A DNA stretch of 64,000 nucleotides from Trypanosoma brucei (taxonomy: Eukaryota), in NCBI GenBank assembly GCA_000002445.1, contig CM000207.1, positions 320,001-384,000 on the forward strand, in the 5' to 3' direction. Position numbers and translations under genes: made by a program. How positions within the stretch are numbered: the first letter of the stretch is position 1; the number at the start of each line of letters is the position of its first letter. Positions 11,382 through 22,651 of the stretch are shown piece after piece. The notes below the pieces were generated by a model. That model saw only the letters and a list, made by a program, of their open reading frames with translations. It ran no database searches and had not been told where the DNA came from.

Positions 11382-12395
11382 TTACGGTGTGGGAACCGAG
11401 TTGCCAATTGCTGCATCCCAATACTGTTGGACGAAATCATCAACCGCTGAACTTCCAGCCCCACATTCGAGTCGCAACCCACTCAAACGGCAACGCGGCA
11501 CATCATCTCTCCGGTTGTCGGGAGGGATAATGCAAGTTGATGACAGGTTGTCAAAAAAAGAAAGCAACTCCACCATTAAAGGAGAGACACTTACTTGCAA
11601 ATCTTCGGCACATCTGTGATGAAGCGTGGAGCGAGCAACAACTAACAACCGCATAACCTTCTCGTGATTTTGCATTTCCTTCTCACTACCAACAATAACC
11701 GAGTAGTTGTGGCGCATGGTAGACTGCATTGCATTCCTATCCAAGAAAAAATCCTCTTGAGGAGTGCCAGTGGATGCTACTTGAATACAATATCGACACA
11801 CGTCTGTAAGTGCACTCAACAATAACGCCTCCGATTCGGTACTAGCTGTTGTTGAAACAGCTTTACTATATTCTTCCGTAGCAGTTCGAATAAGTTCGGC
11901 AAGATCCTCCACCAAATTCAGCCTGGAGAGCACAAAACGTACTCCACCTTGACTCTCCACCCACTGATGGACGTATTGACGGAGAGCGGCAGCCATTGGT
12001 GGTGATCTTAAAGCAGGAAACGTATTTATATGTTTAAATGTTACAAGGAAACCAGCAAGGGCCGCTGTTGCAAGTAAGGTGGTATGAGTTTCTTCACCCT
12101 TTCCTGCTGCTACAAGCTGAAGAACGTCACGTACCGTTTGAAGTATTACTCCAATTTCGTACCACCGTGGAAATTCTTCGTTCAAAAGTTTCTCTAAAAG
12201 TTGCTGTCGCCTCCGCAAATGCACAATGCAAAACGTTGTAATTGCTTTCTCTTGCAATGTCGAGTCTGAATCCACTTTTTCTCCATTAGCAACACTGCCC
12301 AACAGAGTTACAGTTAGTCCAGACGCCGCACAAGGAGATAATAAAGAGGGAGAGGAATTCTCCACAGGCTCACCTGAAGAATCGGCTGAGTTCAT
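11382..12395 (-). CDS. Hypothetical protein (337 aa).
   Basis: ATG-initiated ORF (plus 12393-12395 cat) in the unit orientation. No recognisable motif. Confidence 0.65.
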   Translation of the reverse strand: MNSADSSGEPVENSSPSLLSPCAASGLTVTLLGSVANGEKVDSDSTLQEKAITTFCIVHLRRRQQLLEKLLNEEFPRWYEIGVILQTVRDVLQLVAAGKGEETHTTLLATAALAGFLVTFKHINTFPALRSPPMAAALRQYVHQWVESQGGVRFVLSRLNLVEDLAELIRTATEEYSKAVSTTASTESEALLLSALTDVCRYCIQVASTGTPQEDFFLDRNAMQSTMRHNYSVIVGSEKEMQNHEKVMRLLVVARSTLHHRCAEDLQVSVSPLMVELLSFFDNLSSTCIIPPDNRRDDVPRCRLSGLRLECGAGSSAVDDFVQQYWDAAIGNSVPTP

Positions 12396-13855
12396 TTTTT
12401 ATCGTGTTGGCTACGTGGGGCCCAAATTACGCCACGCAGGCCGTACAGGTGCCTCAGTATAACTAATCTTCACGCACCTGAACAATGAAACCAAAAATAA
12501 TAAAAAGAAAACGAAAACCGGAAACACCGACAAAGCAAAAAAACAAACAAACAAACCATTCAACAGAAAAATAAAGTCAGCAACATGAGGGAAAGGGGGA
12601 AAAAAGAATACTTACATCAATGACACTAACAGCGGTAGCAACAGCCGCTGGTGCAAATAATGAGGCATAAAGTAATTGCACCACGGCAGAAAAACACCAA
12701 AGCCAACTTATTCAACTGGATGCGTGCAAGTGTAGCAAATGATACCTCACTCAAACGCCTGTCCGTCGCCTTCGGCCTCGAGCAGCGGTACGATTTCCTG
12801 TAGTTGCTGCAATATTGACGCCGCCAGTGATACCGGTTGTGGTTTCATTGAACACAACGCCATGCAAATTTCCCACCACATGTTTTCCTTTTGTGCTGAC
12901 AAAATCCAACGGCTGTGCTAAACCAATACTTGCGCTTCGCAGCATTCGTGGGTTAAATGTATTGGCATCAGCTTCCATACTAAAGAGTAACTTGCTTAAA
13001 AGATGAAGTAGCATAAGGTGATGTGAGATATAAACAGCGGAGAGGGAAAGGAGTAATAACTCACGCGAGCAGAAAATAAAGTGCTGAAAGACACGGCAAC
13101 AACAGGTTAAGAAGAACGAATTAAGATGCGTATGTAAACGGTAGTTGCTGAGCGCGTTTGCACAGACGGAGTCGCAGCGACATGAACCGAAGTCCTGCCG
13201 TTTCCAACTACGTCATAGAGTCGGTGCGGAAGCAATTCCTCGTTCGTGTTAAAAGAACAACAACAAAAAAAAGAACCGAGGGTATCGAAATCAACTCCAA
13301 ACTTGATAATTCCAACAACATTCTGCGATCATACATACATTAACCAACTCTTGTATTGTATGGGGTGGGGGAGGGCATACCTGGCGCAGCTTATGCTCAT
13401 GACGAAACTTAAAGTGAAGAGTTATTTCTTAACTTAGTGTTCGCAGTACCGGACATCACACATTGGGATATGGTGGAGCCAACAAACATAAAGTGGATTT
13501 AGTATGCTCTAAAGTGGCATATTTCTCTATCTTCGAACAATAACAACTACATGTGGTAACTTGAAATGAACGAAACTTGGTGAAGAAATAAAAAGTACAT
13601 AAACGATGAAATTCTCCTTGTTAGCAAAAGAAAAAGGGTGCAGAGGATTATTAGACAATTTCAAGAGTTTGCAGAACAGGGTTCAATAATTTGCTTACAA
13701 TAGTTATAATTACGATTACGGTTAGTCAACGTCTTTTTTCTTTTCGCCATACGGTACGCACAAGCAAGCACCTCACAATGCACATCATTCACCTTTAACT
13801 CCATCCACTAACGAAACTAAGAAACATTTCTTGCTCTCATGAAATTTGAGTACCC

Positions 13856-15139
13856 TCATCGAGGAATGTCACCCCTCTGACGAACCTCAATGGGATAACT
13901 CTGTACGGAGGGATAATCGTATAACATCTTATGGTCCTCAAGTTTTGTCTTTCCGCTCCAGAGATCCACAGAACTAGGATCAATACCCTTCTCAGCTGCA
14001 AGCTCATTTTTCAGCTCCCACACATGCTTCATGGGGTCAACCATTTTTCGATACGCGTTGGGGTAAGGGTCATGAGCAATTCCCGACTCTGTAGTATTGT
14101 TTTGCTGTTGGTACTGCCTCTGGTTGGTGTGGGAATTATTCGATGGCATTCGGGGTTGGTGTTTATTCATTTCCAAATCAAGGGGTTTCTTACTTGTAGA
14201 GCCCGCTTGAATACCTGGTGGAATCCTTCCTGACAGCACATCCCTATACCTCTGCCGTAGTGACTGAGCGTCGAGGCAGTCAGAGAAATTCACACCCTTT
14301 TCGTACAATTCCTTTGTAATATCAGTTATTTTCATCGTATCCGCTGGACTCTCCTGGGGTTCTACCTCCACTTCAATTGTTTCCACCTCAATCTCCTCCA
14401 CGCATTTCCCCTGCGTCTCATGATTCCTCGAAGCCATATCCTCAGTAGGCATTACACGCTCCGCTTCAACCTTTTCAACTGCAGGAGCGCCGCCACTCAA
14501 CACCTCAACAATTTTGGGTGGCTCCACATCAAAGTCACTCCCCTCACCACGCGTTTCATCCTTTTCCGATTCCATAACTGGTGTTTCTGTAGAGCACGGA
14601 GGAGAGGCAAATGAAGCAGGTTTTGTTGCTGCTTCCGTCCCCCATATGAGGCGAAGAAGGGCATCGGCTTCTGCTTGAATGGAACGGGCCTCGTTTTGAA
14701 GATTCGTTAAGCGAGACGTGTACGCTTTTAGGGAGGCGGAGAGGGTAGTGCATTTTCCTTTAAAAGATTCGTCGTCGATATTAGCGCGTTTGAGACCTTC
14801 TTGAAGTGAACGCATTGCGGTGCGGGAGGCATCATTCATATCCGCCAAATCAAGTCCTTGTCCTTTGCATTCCTCCTTGAGAGCTCCAAGTTGCTTCGTT
14901 AGAGTGTCACGCGCTTCGCTCGCAAGGTTCAGTAATCGCAGACTACAGCAATAACTGCGGAGGGCATCGCCGCGCTTGAGCCTCCGGAATAACATTGGAC
15001 CGTCTAATGTGTGGTGAAGCCACCAAATCTCAGTTGCTAGTCCACGGAAATATACCTTTCCAAGTGGAGGTAATTCTGTTTTCAGTGTCTCACAAGAAGT
15101 GGATAGGCAGGGGGAAAAAAAAGGTCTCACTAATGACAT
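13856..15139 (-). CDS. Protein with a ubiquitin-like domain at its C-terminus (427 aa).
   Basis: ATG confirmed. The C-terminal ~70 aa (HVWELKNELAAEKGIDPSSVDLWSGKTKLEDHKMLYDYPSVQSYPIEVRQRG) fit the ubiquitin beta-grasp pattern (G.DP..VDL...GK.LED.K.L.DY.I.....I.V). The N-terminus is helical and the middle is acidic. Confidence 0.7.
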   Translation of the reverse strand: MSLVRPFFSPCLSTSCETLKTELPPLGKVYFRGLATEIWWLHHTLDGPMLFRRLKRGDALRSYCCSLRLLNLASEARDTLTKQLGALKEECKGQGLDLADMNDASRTAMRSLQEGLKRANIDDESFKGKCTTLSASLKAYTSRLTNLQNEARSIQAEADALLRLIWGTEAATKPASFASPPCSTETPVMESEKDETRGEGSDFDVEPPKIVEVLSGGAPAVEKVEAERVMPTEDMASRNHETQGKCVEEIEVETIEVEVEPQESPADTMKITDITKELYEKGVNFSDCLDAQSLRQRYRDVLSGRIPPGIQAGSTSKKPLDLEMNKHQPRMPSNNSHTNQRQYQQQNNTTESGIAHDPYPNAYRKMVDPMKHVWELKNELAAEKGIDPSSVDLWSGKTKLEDHKMLYDYPSVQSYPIEVRQRGDIPR

Positions 15140-15470
15140 AAAATGTTCCCCCCCCCCGCATTAATGGAAGTGAAGAAGGAAATACGCACGATGAATCGGA
15201 TAAAGTATTGCCATAACGCACTACAAACCGGAGGGAGGAGAAGGGTAAACCAGCATCACCTTAGGAAGGCAATTAGGTCCCCACTTTACCACTTACACTC
15301 AATTTTAACACCGTGATTATTGTCTCACGTTTTTAAATACCGACTATATTCTCAAGGAAGAGAAAATAATGGAACGGCACATGCTAATCTCGGGGAAGAG
15401 GCATCCTGAACCGGCAAATCACACATCCCCTTGCTCAGTTGAGTACTGATGTCAACACCGGCTTCTCCAA

Positions 15471-15719
15471 TCAAGCAATCACAACATCACGCACGCCATT
15501 GAGTGCGTTGCATCGCAAAAGAAAAGCATGGCGTTCCTCCTCATTGCAAATAATACGCACCGTTAACGAACACGTGGGACATTCCGCAACAACTGAGCCC
15601 TTCGCGAACTCACTTAGGGAGAGTTCAAATAGATCACCGCAAGGACATGGGTAACGCAACTTGCCGTCCTCCAGTAACATGTCGGAGAGGGCAACTTCTT
15701 CATAAGGTGCGGCGTGCAT
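15471..15719 (-). CDS. DPH3: DPH3/KTI11-like CSL zinc-finger protein for diphthamide biosynthesis, with a short C-terminal extension.
   Basis: MHAAPYEEVALSDMLLEDGKLRYPCPCGDLFELSLSEFAKGSVVAECPTCSLTVRI is the CSL zinc-finger signature (YPCPCGD...CPxCSL). The ORF-track start at 15818 is non-ATG; the first in-frame ATG is at 15719. Confidence 0.75.
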   Translation of the reverse strand: MHAAPYEEVALSDMLLEDGKLRYPCPCGDLFELSLSEFAKGSVVAECPTCSLTVRIICNEEERHAFLLRCNALNGVRDVVIA

Positions 15720-16100
15720 CTTCTTATTCCCACTTATCCTGCTTTGGAAACCGTTAAGGCAACTTTCTTCTTCCCTCCTGTGTACAACTGTATGCGAATG
15801 ATTGCCAGGTACACACACGCACCACTTTTCCCCCTTTGAGAAAAAAGTTTTCTTTTTGAAAGGGAGGGGAAATAGAGAGGAGTGTAGAGGTCAAAGAAAG
15901 AAGCAAGCAAAAAATAAAATAAAATAAAATGGAACGGAAGCGATTAACCAACCGTCGAGAGAAACCAAGCTGCATCCAGAATATCAACTTCTTTATCGTA
16001 GTTTGCCTCCCTTTCCTTCCCTGGTTTATTTACGCCTTTGTAGACCAAAATACACGGTGGGTTACGAGAAACGGGTTATCGTTAAAGAAACAAAATTCCA

Positions 16101-17471
16101 TTAGTTCCTGTACGCCGTTTCCATCTTGATCTTAGGATCGACTTCTAGTTGCTGGGCACTATATGACCAGTTAGCCAACCAACGCTGAAACCACACCAAA
16201 CTTAGCGAGGGAATCACACTCAACATTCCGTTACGCAGCCACGTATGTGAGAGTGAAGTGAAGCGACGAGCCCTCCGCGACTGACGAATATACCCCTCAA
16301 TGCGGTCACGCCGCACTGTTTCGAATTGCCTAAATGCGTACTCAAACCCTGCGTCATTGCATAAAGGTACGTCAACCAGAGAGGTTGATAACAAAGCGGC
16401 GTCCTCCACACAGAGAGAGGCATCTTGTGCCAAGAAGGAAGGCAATGAGGCATGAGCTGCCTCGCCAATAAGAACAGCACGTTTGTTGTACCACCGTGGC
16501 ATCACAGGTACTTCCACAAGCTCGGAAGGTATCGCCAATTCTGCACGAGAAAGTGTATTCGTTATATCACCACCAAAGGATGCGAATTCCCGCCGCAACA
16601 AACTGCGGTAAACCTCTCGTAATTCAATGGGGTCCATCTCTTTGCTCACATCAACAATTTCTGTTGGAGGGTCATACAGCGTGGCTGAGAAGGCAAAGTG
16701 TCTCCTTCCATCCCACTGAAGAGGAATGCAAGACAATACGCGCCTCTTCCCCCAAACCTCAGCGGGAGACTCACCTGTAGGCCACGGCTCGTCGCCAAGT
16801 TCCACATACCCGTCCACTTGTGTCATCCCCAGTGTTCGACAGCTCGTGCCAATGTACTCATCTGGGTAAAGTAACTTACGAACTGTACTGTGTCCACCGT
16901 CGGCTCCAACAACCACGTCACCCCACTCGGTTTGCCCATTATCAAGTACTACGTGTACGCCGCCCTTAATGCCATCATGTGGTCTCAGATCCACTACATT
17001 GGCATTGAAGCGTATTTCCTGCACGTATTTGCGTAAAATACTTCGAAGATAATCCGCACTAAACGTTGTACGTAGTGGTACACAGCCAAGATCCTGTTTT
17101 AGTTCCTCAGCTAAGCGACGTGATACGGTTGAATCGCTGTTAGCTGGTGGGGCCGTACTAAGTGGCACACAGTCCTCTTGACCAAGCGCCTGTAGTTGCA
17201 CCACCCTATTTCGTACCCTCAAAAGCCATTGCAAGCGCTCGTTCTGTATACCGAAGTGGCTCTCGGAAATTGCATCACCAGTGTAGAATCCGTCATCCAA
17301 CTCGAATGCTTTAAAGCAACTGAGTGCGTTAGCATAAAGTGTATAAGGTGGCTGGTACGTCGCCCGTAAAAACGGCGACTGCTCAAGCACTACACAATCG
17401 ATATTGATACGGCGCAGGAAAGCTGCGAGCGATAAACCAGATAAACCTGCACCAACGATGACAACACGCAT
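16101..17471 (-). CDS. FAD-dependent monooxygenase of the PHBH/UbiH/COQ6/salicylate-hydroxylase fold.
   Basis: An N-terminal Rossmann motif VVIVGAGLSGLSLAAFL (GxGxxG) and the FAD/substrate motif LIGEAAHASLPSFLAQDASLCVEDAALL (GDAAH...DA..L type). The track start at 17477 is GTG; the ATG is at 17471 (MRVVIVGAG). Confidence 0.85.
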   Translation of the reverse strand: MRVVIVGAGLSGLSLAAFLRRINIDCVVLEQSPFLRATYQPPYTLYANALSCFKAFELDDGFYTGDAISESHFGIQNERLQWLLRVRNRVVQLQALGQEDCVPLSTAPPANSDSTVSRRLAEELKQDLGCVPLRTTFSADYLRSILRKYVQEIRFNANVVDLRPHDGIKGGVHVVLDNGQTEWGDVVVGADGGHSTVRKLLYPDEYIGTSCRTLGMTQVDGYVELGDEPWPTGESPAEVWGKRRVLSCIPLQWDGRRHFAFSATLYDPPTEIVDVSKEMDPIELREVYRSLLRREFASFGGDITNTLSRAELAIPSELVEVPVMPRWYNKRAVLIGEAAHASLPSFLAQDASLCVEDAALLSTSLVDVPLCNDAGFEYAFRQFETVRRDRIEGYIRQSRRARRFTSLSHTWLRNGMLSVIPSLSLVWFQRWLANWSYSAQQLEVDPKIKMETAYRN

Positions 17472-17773
17472 AGCCACCCTCTTCCGTCAAAACTTAGAGA
17501 TGAACAGCAGTATAGTGAGGAAGAGAGGAGGTGCGTAAGCAGTGCATACATTAATTTTCATTATTGGGTAGAATCAAAAGTGCCACCACAGCTCCACAGA
17601 TGACCAGAATGTGCTTAATATAACCCCTTCACATAGGGAGAATATACCTACCACAATCTCAGTTGAGGTGTCACTCTTTAAAGTAAATGGCGCAGAAGTT
17701 ACCGCAGGGGGCACAAGGTTCTCAACAACCGGATGCAGATTTCTCCAGCGCCCTCTTCCTCACGTACAGTTCA

Positions 17774-19615
17774 TCACTCCTCCCATAATCCACCACTGTA
17801 GAAGGCACCCGCTTCACTCATTGTATGCTTATCTGGTGCCTCATCAACTTTACTGTCAGCCAGCTCCGCCTCTACCTCAGTCACTTCTACCGTCTCCGCA
17901 GGTTTTGCTTCCTCACACACGTCAACATCACTCGCTTTATCAAGACCTTCACACACTTCGTCCGCGACATTAATTGCCGTCTCACAATTATCAGCGTCAC
18001 CGGAAAGTTCTGCCTGTGTGGACTCTTGCTGTGCCCCCGCCTCAGCCCTATTGCTCCCCTGCTGCACCCCGCAACACCCTTGTTGCGACTCACGCACCAA
18101 ACTGCAGCTTTCCATTACCTTTCTCGCGAGCACAATTCCCGTGGCAAGTGAAGAGCGCTCGTCACTTAAAGACTCGGAAACAGGAAGGGTCAATTGTATG
18201 CCTGGGTTCCCTATCAACGCAATGGAGGCGCTGTTACCGTCCAGGCTGATCAGTTTCCATCCAAAAAGTTGACACAGCGAGCTGCTCCTTTGCATGGTTT
18301 CCTGAAGCAGGGACCTCCGTACCTCCTCCAAAAGCGAGTTAAACACGGCACTGTCCTGCGGTCTGTCAATCGAACGCACAGCCAATTCATACCGTCTCTT
18401 CCATTCCAATACTTCGCTTTTATAACTCTCTGCTGCACGGCGTAGAGACGCCACTTGTTCATCCGCCTGTAACTGCCTCGCCAATAGAGTTTTAAAGCCT
18501 TCGTCAGACGTTCTCTGTCTCTTACGCTCCGGGCCTGTTTCCGAAACACTGTGATAAAATAGTCCCTGCCCCTCTGCATGCCTTTGGTGCTCGTCACGAA
18601 GTCGCTTCAGTTCTCGACTCAACTCCGACAGTTTTTCGACGTCCCGGGCCAGCGTTTCAATTGTAGACCCGTCGCCGCCCGCACAGTTACGATTTATTTC
18701 ACGGGAAAGAAGTAACTCACGCCCCTCAGCAACTACCAGGCGCTGATTGAAGCATTCTTCCTGCGTGATGAGGTACGCCCTGAGGGCTTCCGCACTACTT
18801 ACAACATTTTGCCTTCGTTCGCTTCGAAGAGCCAACAACTCATTGTAGAGAGGAATAATACTATCCACACCTTCTTTGTTCAGCACCAACCGCACCTCTG
18901 CCGTGCTATCCTGTAGTTTGCATAACTCTTCCTTAATATTACCAACCGCCTCTGTTTCGCATTGCAACGGTTCTGGCGCTAGGGACAAAGGTCTACCGGA
19001 AGGAGCTCTGTAGGTAGTATCCGCCTCTGAAGAAGTTGGTGTTGCAACAAATGCAGTGTTCAACCCGATTTTAGCACCTGTTAGATCTAGTTCACTGAAA
19101 ACCTGGCGCGTCCTCTCCATGGAATGTTGGATTGCGCCGAGCCACTCCGGTTCGTCATCCATGTAAGCGGCTGCAGAAGAGTCCGTCAATGCTTCCTTCA
19201 CGTGCCCTGAAGGCGGTGGGCGCCTGGCCAATTCCAAGAGTCGTTGTGACAGGTTCAGAAGTGTGAGGTTGCCAGAAGAAGTTATTTGTCCCTCAACATC
19301 GTTACAAGCGCCTTGTGAAAGTTTGTTTTGGTAAGTCGAACCAGTAACTGAGTGGAAGAGCTCGGCGACAACGCCGGTCAACCGTCCAATTGCATCCGAT
19401 TCCAAAATTTCCTCGGTGTTCGTGCCCGTGTCAATTTGCATACGCGATGCCTGTGCGAAGCTACAAGCGTTAGCATCTGAAGTTCGAGTTAAGCCAGCCT
19501 GGTTTCCTACTATATCCGCACCACTGCCCGCTGTGGATGAATAGGAAGAGTCACGTGGTGATGACGAGGAATGCGAATCTTCTATCACGTATACGTCACT
19601 GCTATTGCTGGACAT
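17774..19615 (-). CDS. Hypothetical Ser-rich / coiled-coil protein (~613 aa from the ATG at 19615; the ORF stays open to 19867).
   Basis: The long ORF is open to 19867, but that codon is GTG. In-frame ATGs sit at 19750 and 19615. The 19620-19750 segment is a pyrimidine tract on the coding strand (probable 5'UTR and trans-splice signal), so MSSNSSDVYVIEDSH... at 19615 is the favoured start. Confidence 0.65.
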   Translation of the reverse strand: MSSNSSDVYVIEDSHSSSSPRDSSYSSTAGSGADIVGNQAGLTRTSDANACSFAQASRMQIDTGTNTEEILESDAIGRLTGVVAELFHSVTGSTYQNKLSQGACNDVEGQITSSGNLTLLNLSQRLLELARRPPPSGHVKEALTDSSAAAYMDDEPEWLGAIQHSMERTRQVFSELDLTGAKIGLNTAFVATPTSSEADTTYRAPSGRPLSLAPEPLQCETEAVGNIKEELCKLQDSTAEVRLVLNKEGVDSIIPLYNELLALRSERRQNVVSSAEALRAYLITQEECFNQRLVVAEGRELLLSREINRNCAGGDGSTIETLARDVEKLSELSRELKRLRDEHQRHAEGQGLFYHSVSETGPERKRQRTSDEGFKTLLARQLQADEQVASLRRAAESYKSEVLEWKRRYELAVRSIDRPQDSAVFNSLLEEVRRSLLQETMQRSSSLCQLFGWKLISLDGNSASIALIGNPGIQLTLPVSESLSDERSSLATGIVLARKVMESCSLVRESQQGCCGVQQGSNRAEAGAQQESTQAELSGDADNCETAINVADEVCEGLDKASDVDVCEEAKPAETVEVTEVEAELADSKVDEAPDKHTMSEAGAFYSGGLWEE

Positions 19616-20113
19616 CGACCTAACTTTCTCCTTCCCTTTTCTAATTGTAAATTTCTTCACACACATTTTTTTTTTACAATAGAAGGGAATGCAGCAACAA
19701 AATCTGGAAGTGGTTGACAAGACCCTCAAACAAGCAGGAAAACAAGACATGTTTTCAGAAAGGGAAATCGTTTCGTTCTGCTGTGAGGTGGAAGGGGAAC
19801 TGTACGCGTAAAATATATAAATAATAGCCAAACATTCACAAACTTTGCCGTCACTACCATACACCACTCATTAGAACCACTTCCGTTCACTTCAAGGATG
19901 TCCACTGAAGTGAACTGCACAAACTCATCCCGTAAATAGCACTAAAGCCTTCCTTACCCGTTGTGTGACAACGAAACACAACCCGTCACATTCCCATCGT
20001 CGGGTTTGCCATACAATTTTATTCTCAAAAATATCCAACAGAGACACAAGCAGGCAACATCAAATCAATCGCTGCGCGCAAAACGAAACGCGTGATATGC
20101 GTTCTTGCAAATG

Positions 20114-21040
20114 TTATGGTGGGGCATGAGACTGAGAAACGTCACCAACATGCAACTTATCATCAACACCTGAAATTCCTTGCGCCGTGCTACACCTAAA
20201 CTCACTTTGCTCATTTAGAAGCTGCATAACACGCTCCCACCGTTTTCTGTTTTCATCTGCTTGAGACCGCAGACCGGAAGATCCCAACTCTGTTATCACT
20301 TCATCTCCCCCGTCACCGCGTCCCAGCTTATGGGACAGCGATTGATCGAACGGCCGCTGCAGATCGGATTGCCGAACAATAAACTGCTGGTGCGTTTCAC
20401 TGATATTCCATGGAGGGCTGTGATGGACCTTATTACCTTCATGCGTTCCATGAACATCTACCAACTGCGCCGATGACTGAGCGTGCCATTTAACCACACG
20501 CCGTTTGTCCCTTTCCACATCTTCAAGAGTTATATTATCCCAACGACTGTCACGAGCACGTTGTAAAACCACCTTCAACTCTTCGAACGGATCGCATGGC
20601 ACCACCTCTCGGGTCCGCCACACGTACAGCGCTTTCGCATCATCGTAGTGGGCAGTGGCACTGAATTTTACATAACACCCCGGTGACACTTTCAAAGTAT
20701 TGGATGATTTCTCCTTTCTGCAAACATCGCTCACTTGCGGACCAGTCCCGCCAGACGAAGTCAATGGGAACCAAACGCTCACACATTCCTCGTTGGAGGG
20801 AGAGAGGGGCGCAGCCGCGTCCATGGGCAGTTGAGATGTCCCTGATTTATCGGTGAAGGAGGCTCGAAACCACGAGGCTGGTGGGGATAACATCAACAGA
20901 AAACCATAGCCGCGCTGCGGGAAAACCTTTTCTACAACTCCAATGGCCTGCAGTGGTTGTAAACTGTGAAGGTGACCCACATGACGGAAGAAACATCTCC
21001 CAACGTTCGTAAGCCCCCTTTTAATCCACCGCTGAGTCAT
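20114..21040 (-). CDS. Hypothetical protein (308 aa), possibly with an N-terminal cold-shock / OB-like start.
   Basis: ATG confirmed (plus 21038-21040 cat). IGVVEKVFPQRGYGFLLM weakly resembles the CSD motif G.VKWF...GFGFI. The rest is unrecognised. Confidence 0.6.
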   Translation of the reverse strand: MTQRWIKRGLTNVGRCFFRHVGHLHSLQPLQAIGVVEKVFPQRGYGFLLMLSPPASWFRASFTDKSGTSQLPMDAAAPLSPSNEECVSVWFPLTSSGGTGPQVSDVCRKEKSSNTLKVSPGCYVKFSATAHYDDAKALYVWRTREVVPCDPFEELKVVLQRARDSRWDNITLEDVERDKRRVVKWHAQSSAQLVDVHGTHEGNKVHHSPPWNISETHQQFIVRQSDLQRPFDQSLSHKLGRGDGGDEVITELGSSGLRSQADENRKRWERVMQLLNEQSEFRCSTAQGISGVDDKLHVGDVSQSHAPP

Positions 21041-21336
21041 TTCTGCCTAACTGTTGGTACACACATGCAATAAAACGGCAGACGTAGTGGGACAAGACGT
21101 CACGATATTAAGTAGTTAAATAACAGCAGCTACCGTCGAAAGCACTATCTGGCACTTTCACGCGATAACGCTCAAAGCGGAGGAGCCAGTGACAATTTTC
21201 CTGAAATAATACGTGGTAGAACCCACTGCAACAAGTCCAAATCACAATCTTAAGCATATATATATATATATATATATTTACTGGAAAACGACAAATCTGA
21301 TATCAATTATAACTTTAGTCGGCAAGAAAATATCGA

Positions 21337-21711
21337 TCACACGGCATCCAACCGCAACCACGAGCAGCAGCCAAGGCGACTTTTTTGTTGAGCCGCTGCT
21401 CCATCAAAGTATCCCGCGTAAAGACTTTTCACCTCTTGGCAAGATGTGTTAACCTCGGCTTCAGTTACAACATATCTCCCTAGTAAACGAAATATATCGG
21501 CATCAACAGAGGCTTGATCAGCATCTAAAGATCGTAATATGCAGTACGTCAGTGCTTTCTCCTGCAAAGCATTTGAGAAGTAATGAGGTAAGCCACACAT
21601 CCCTCCATCAACAACTAATAAATCATGTGGGATTTTCTTCAGAGGCAGTGATGCGGAATATGGCGCATGCGACGGCAACTCTTTAGTGGCCCCAAGACAA
21701 ACCATTCCCAT
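21337..21711 (-). CDS. Small hypothetical protein (~124 aa).
   Basis: The track start is GTG; the ATG is at 21711 (MGMVCLGATKELP...). I recognise no confident fold. Confidence 0.45.
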   Translation of the reverse strand: MGMVCLGATKELPSHAPYSASLPLKKIPHDLLVVDGGMCGLPHYFSNALQEKALTYCILRSLDADQASVDADIFRLLGRYVVTEAEVNTSCQEVKSLYAGYFDGAAAQQKSRLGCCSWLRLDAV

Positions 21712-21881
21712 CACTAAACTTCTACGACCTACGACGTAAAGTCGAAAAAATTATGATATTTACAATAACCAGAGAAAACAGTTATTTTCCACTTGAACAA
21801 ATGTTCCCCTCAACAAACCAAAGTCGCAAACAACAATAAACATACCATTATAAACAATTATAGAAAGCTACAAACTCACAA

Positions 21882-21931
21882 AATAATAATAATAATAACA
21901 ATAGTAATAATAATAATTATTATTATTATAG
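21882..21931. repeat. (AAT)n/(ATT)n trinucleotide microsatellite.
   Basis: aataataataataataacaatagtaataataataattattattatta, read directly. Confidence 0.85.
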
Positions 21932-22197
21932 TTACGTCGCGCATTTTATATACTAGCACAAACAATTACGGTATCTCGTGCATGAGTAGGTAGAAACTTT
22001 ATGAGAGCGATGGGGAACTAATGCAATTCTTAGTGGATGTTAAGGCAAATACCGCAGAAATCAGCAACCTCAGCCATGCCATCATATTTCCCGCTGCGCA
22101 ACAGTCGAAATAAGAGAAGATAAGCATATAATGATTGTATGATATCATATGAAACACACAATGAGAAACACAGGATAACACACTACACAACTGCAAT

Positions 22198-22228
<31 letters not shown>

Positions 22229-22651
22229 CATTTCCTTATGCAAAAAATAAAATATCATGCACTAAACGAACATAGCATATAAATTGTACCTATATTAGAC
22301 TAATAGGAGGTATGCAACGTCAGAAACCCACTGCAAGCGCACAACTATACATAAGTGGTGTCAAAGATGGCAAACATGAAAAGAGAAGAAATGTGTGAGG
22401 AAGAAGGATATCAAGTTAGTGGACAATATCAAAGGTAAACACAGCACAAAGTAGCCATACCCACAACAACCACAACACAAGACTGAATTACAAAAACAAA
22501 AGCATAAAATTTTAGCCACAGGGTGCGCGGCGGTAATAATCATTTGAGGTTTAGGTTGAAACTTGCTCAACCACTTACCCCACAGATACCAGTTGTACAT
22601 GTATGCTACATTCCCCGTCCCCGAAACTAAAGCGCGCAACGAAGAAAGACA

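Noticed and set aside
12751-13014. 87-codon ATG-initiated minus ORF in the 12.4-13.8-kb spacer.
   Set aside because: It is Gly/Thr/Arg-rich, low-complexity and fully overlapped by an antisense ORF. I recognise no motif, so it is more likely UTR.
15151-15159. Poly-C/poly-G homopolymers (C9 at 15151, C10 at 6316, G8/C6 at 30789/30808) as possible G-quadruplex or regulatory elements.
   Set aside because: Homopolymer runs are ubiquitous in these spacers. Only the 30781-30822 pair forms a clear hairpin, and that is reported separately.
22361-22639. 92-aa minus ORF directly downstream of the membrane-protein gene.
   Set aside because: It is Cys/Phe-rich and is the translation of a CA/GT-repeat-containing 3'UTR region. 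It has no ATG context of note.
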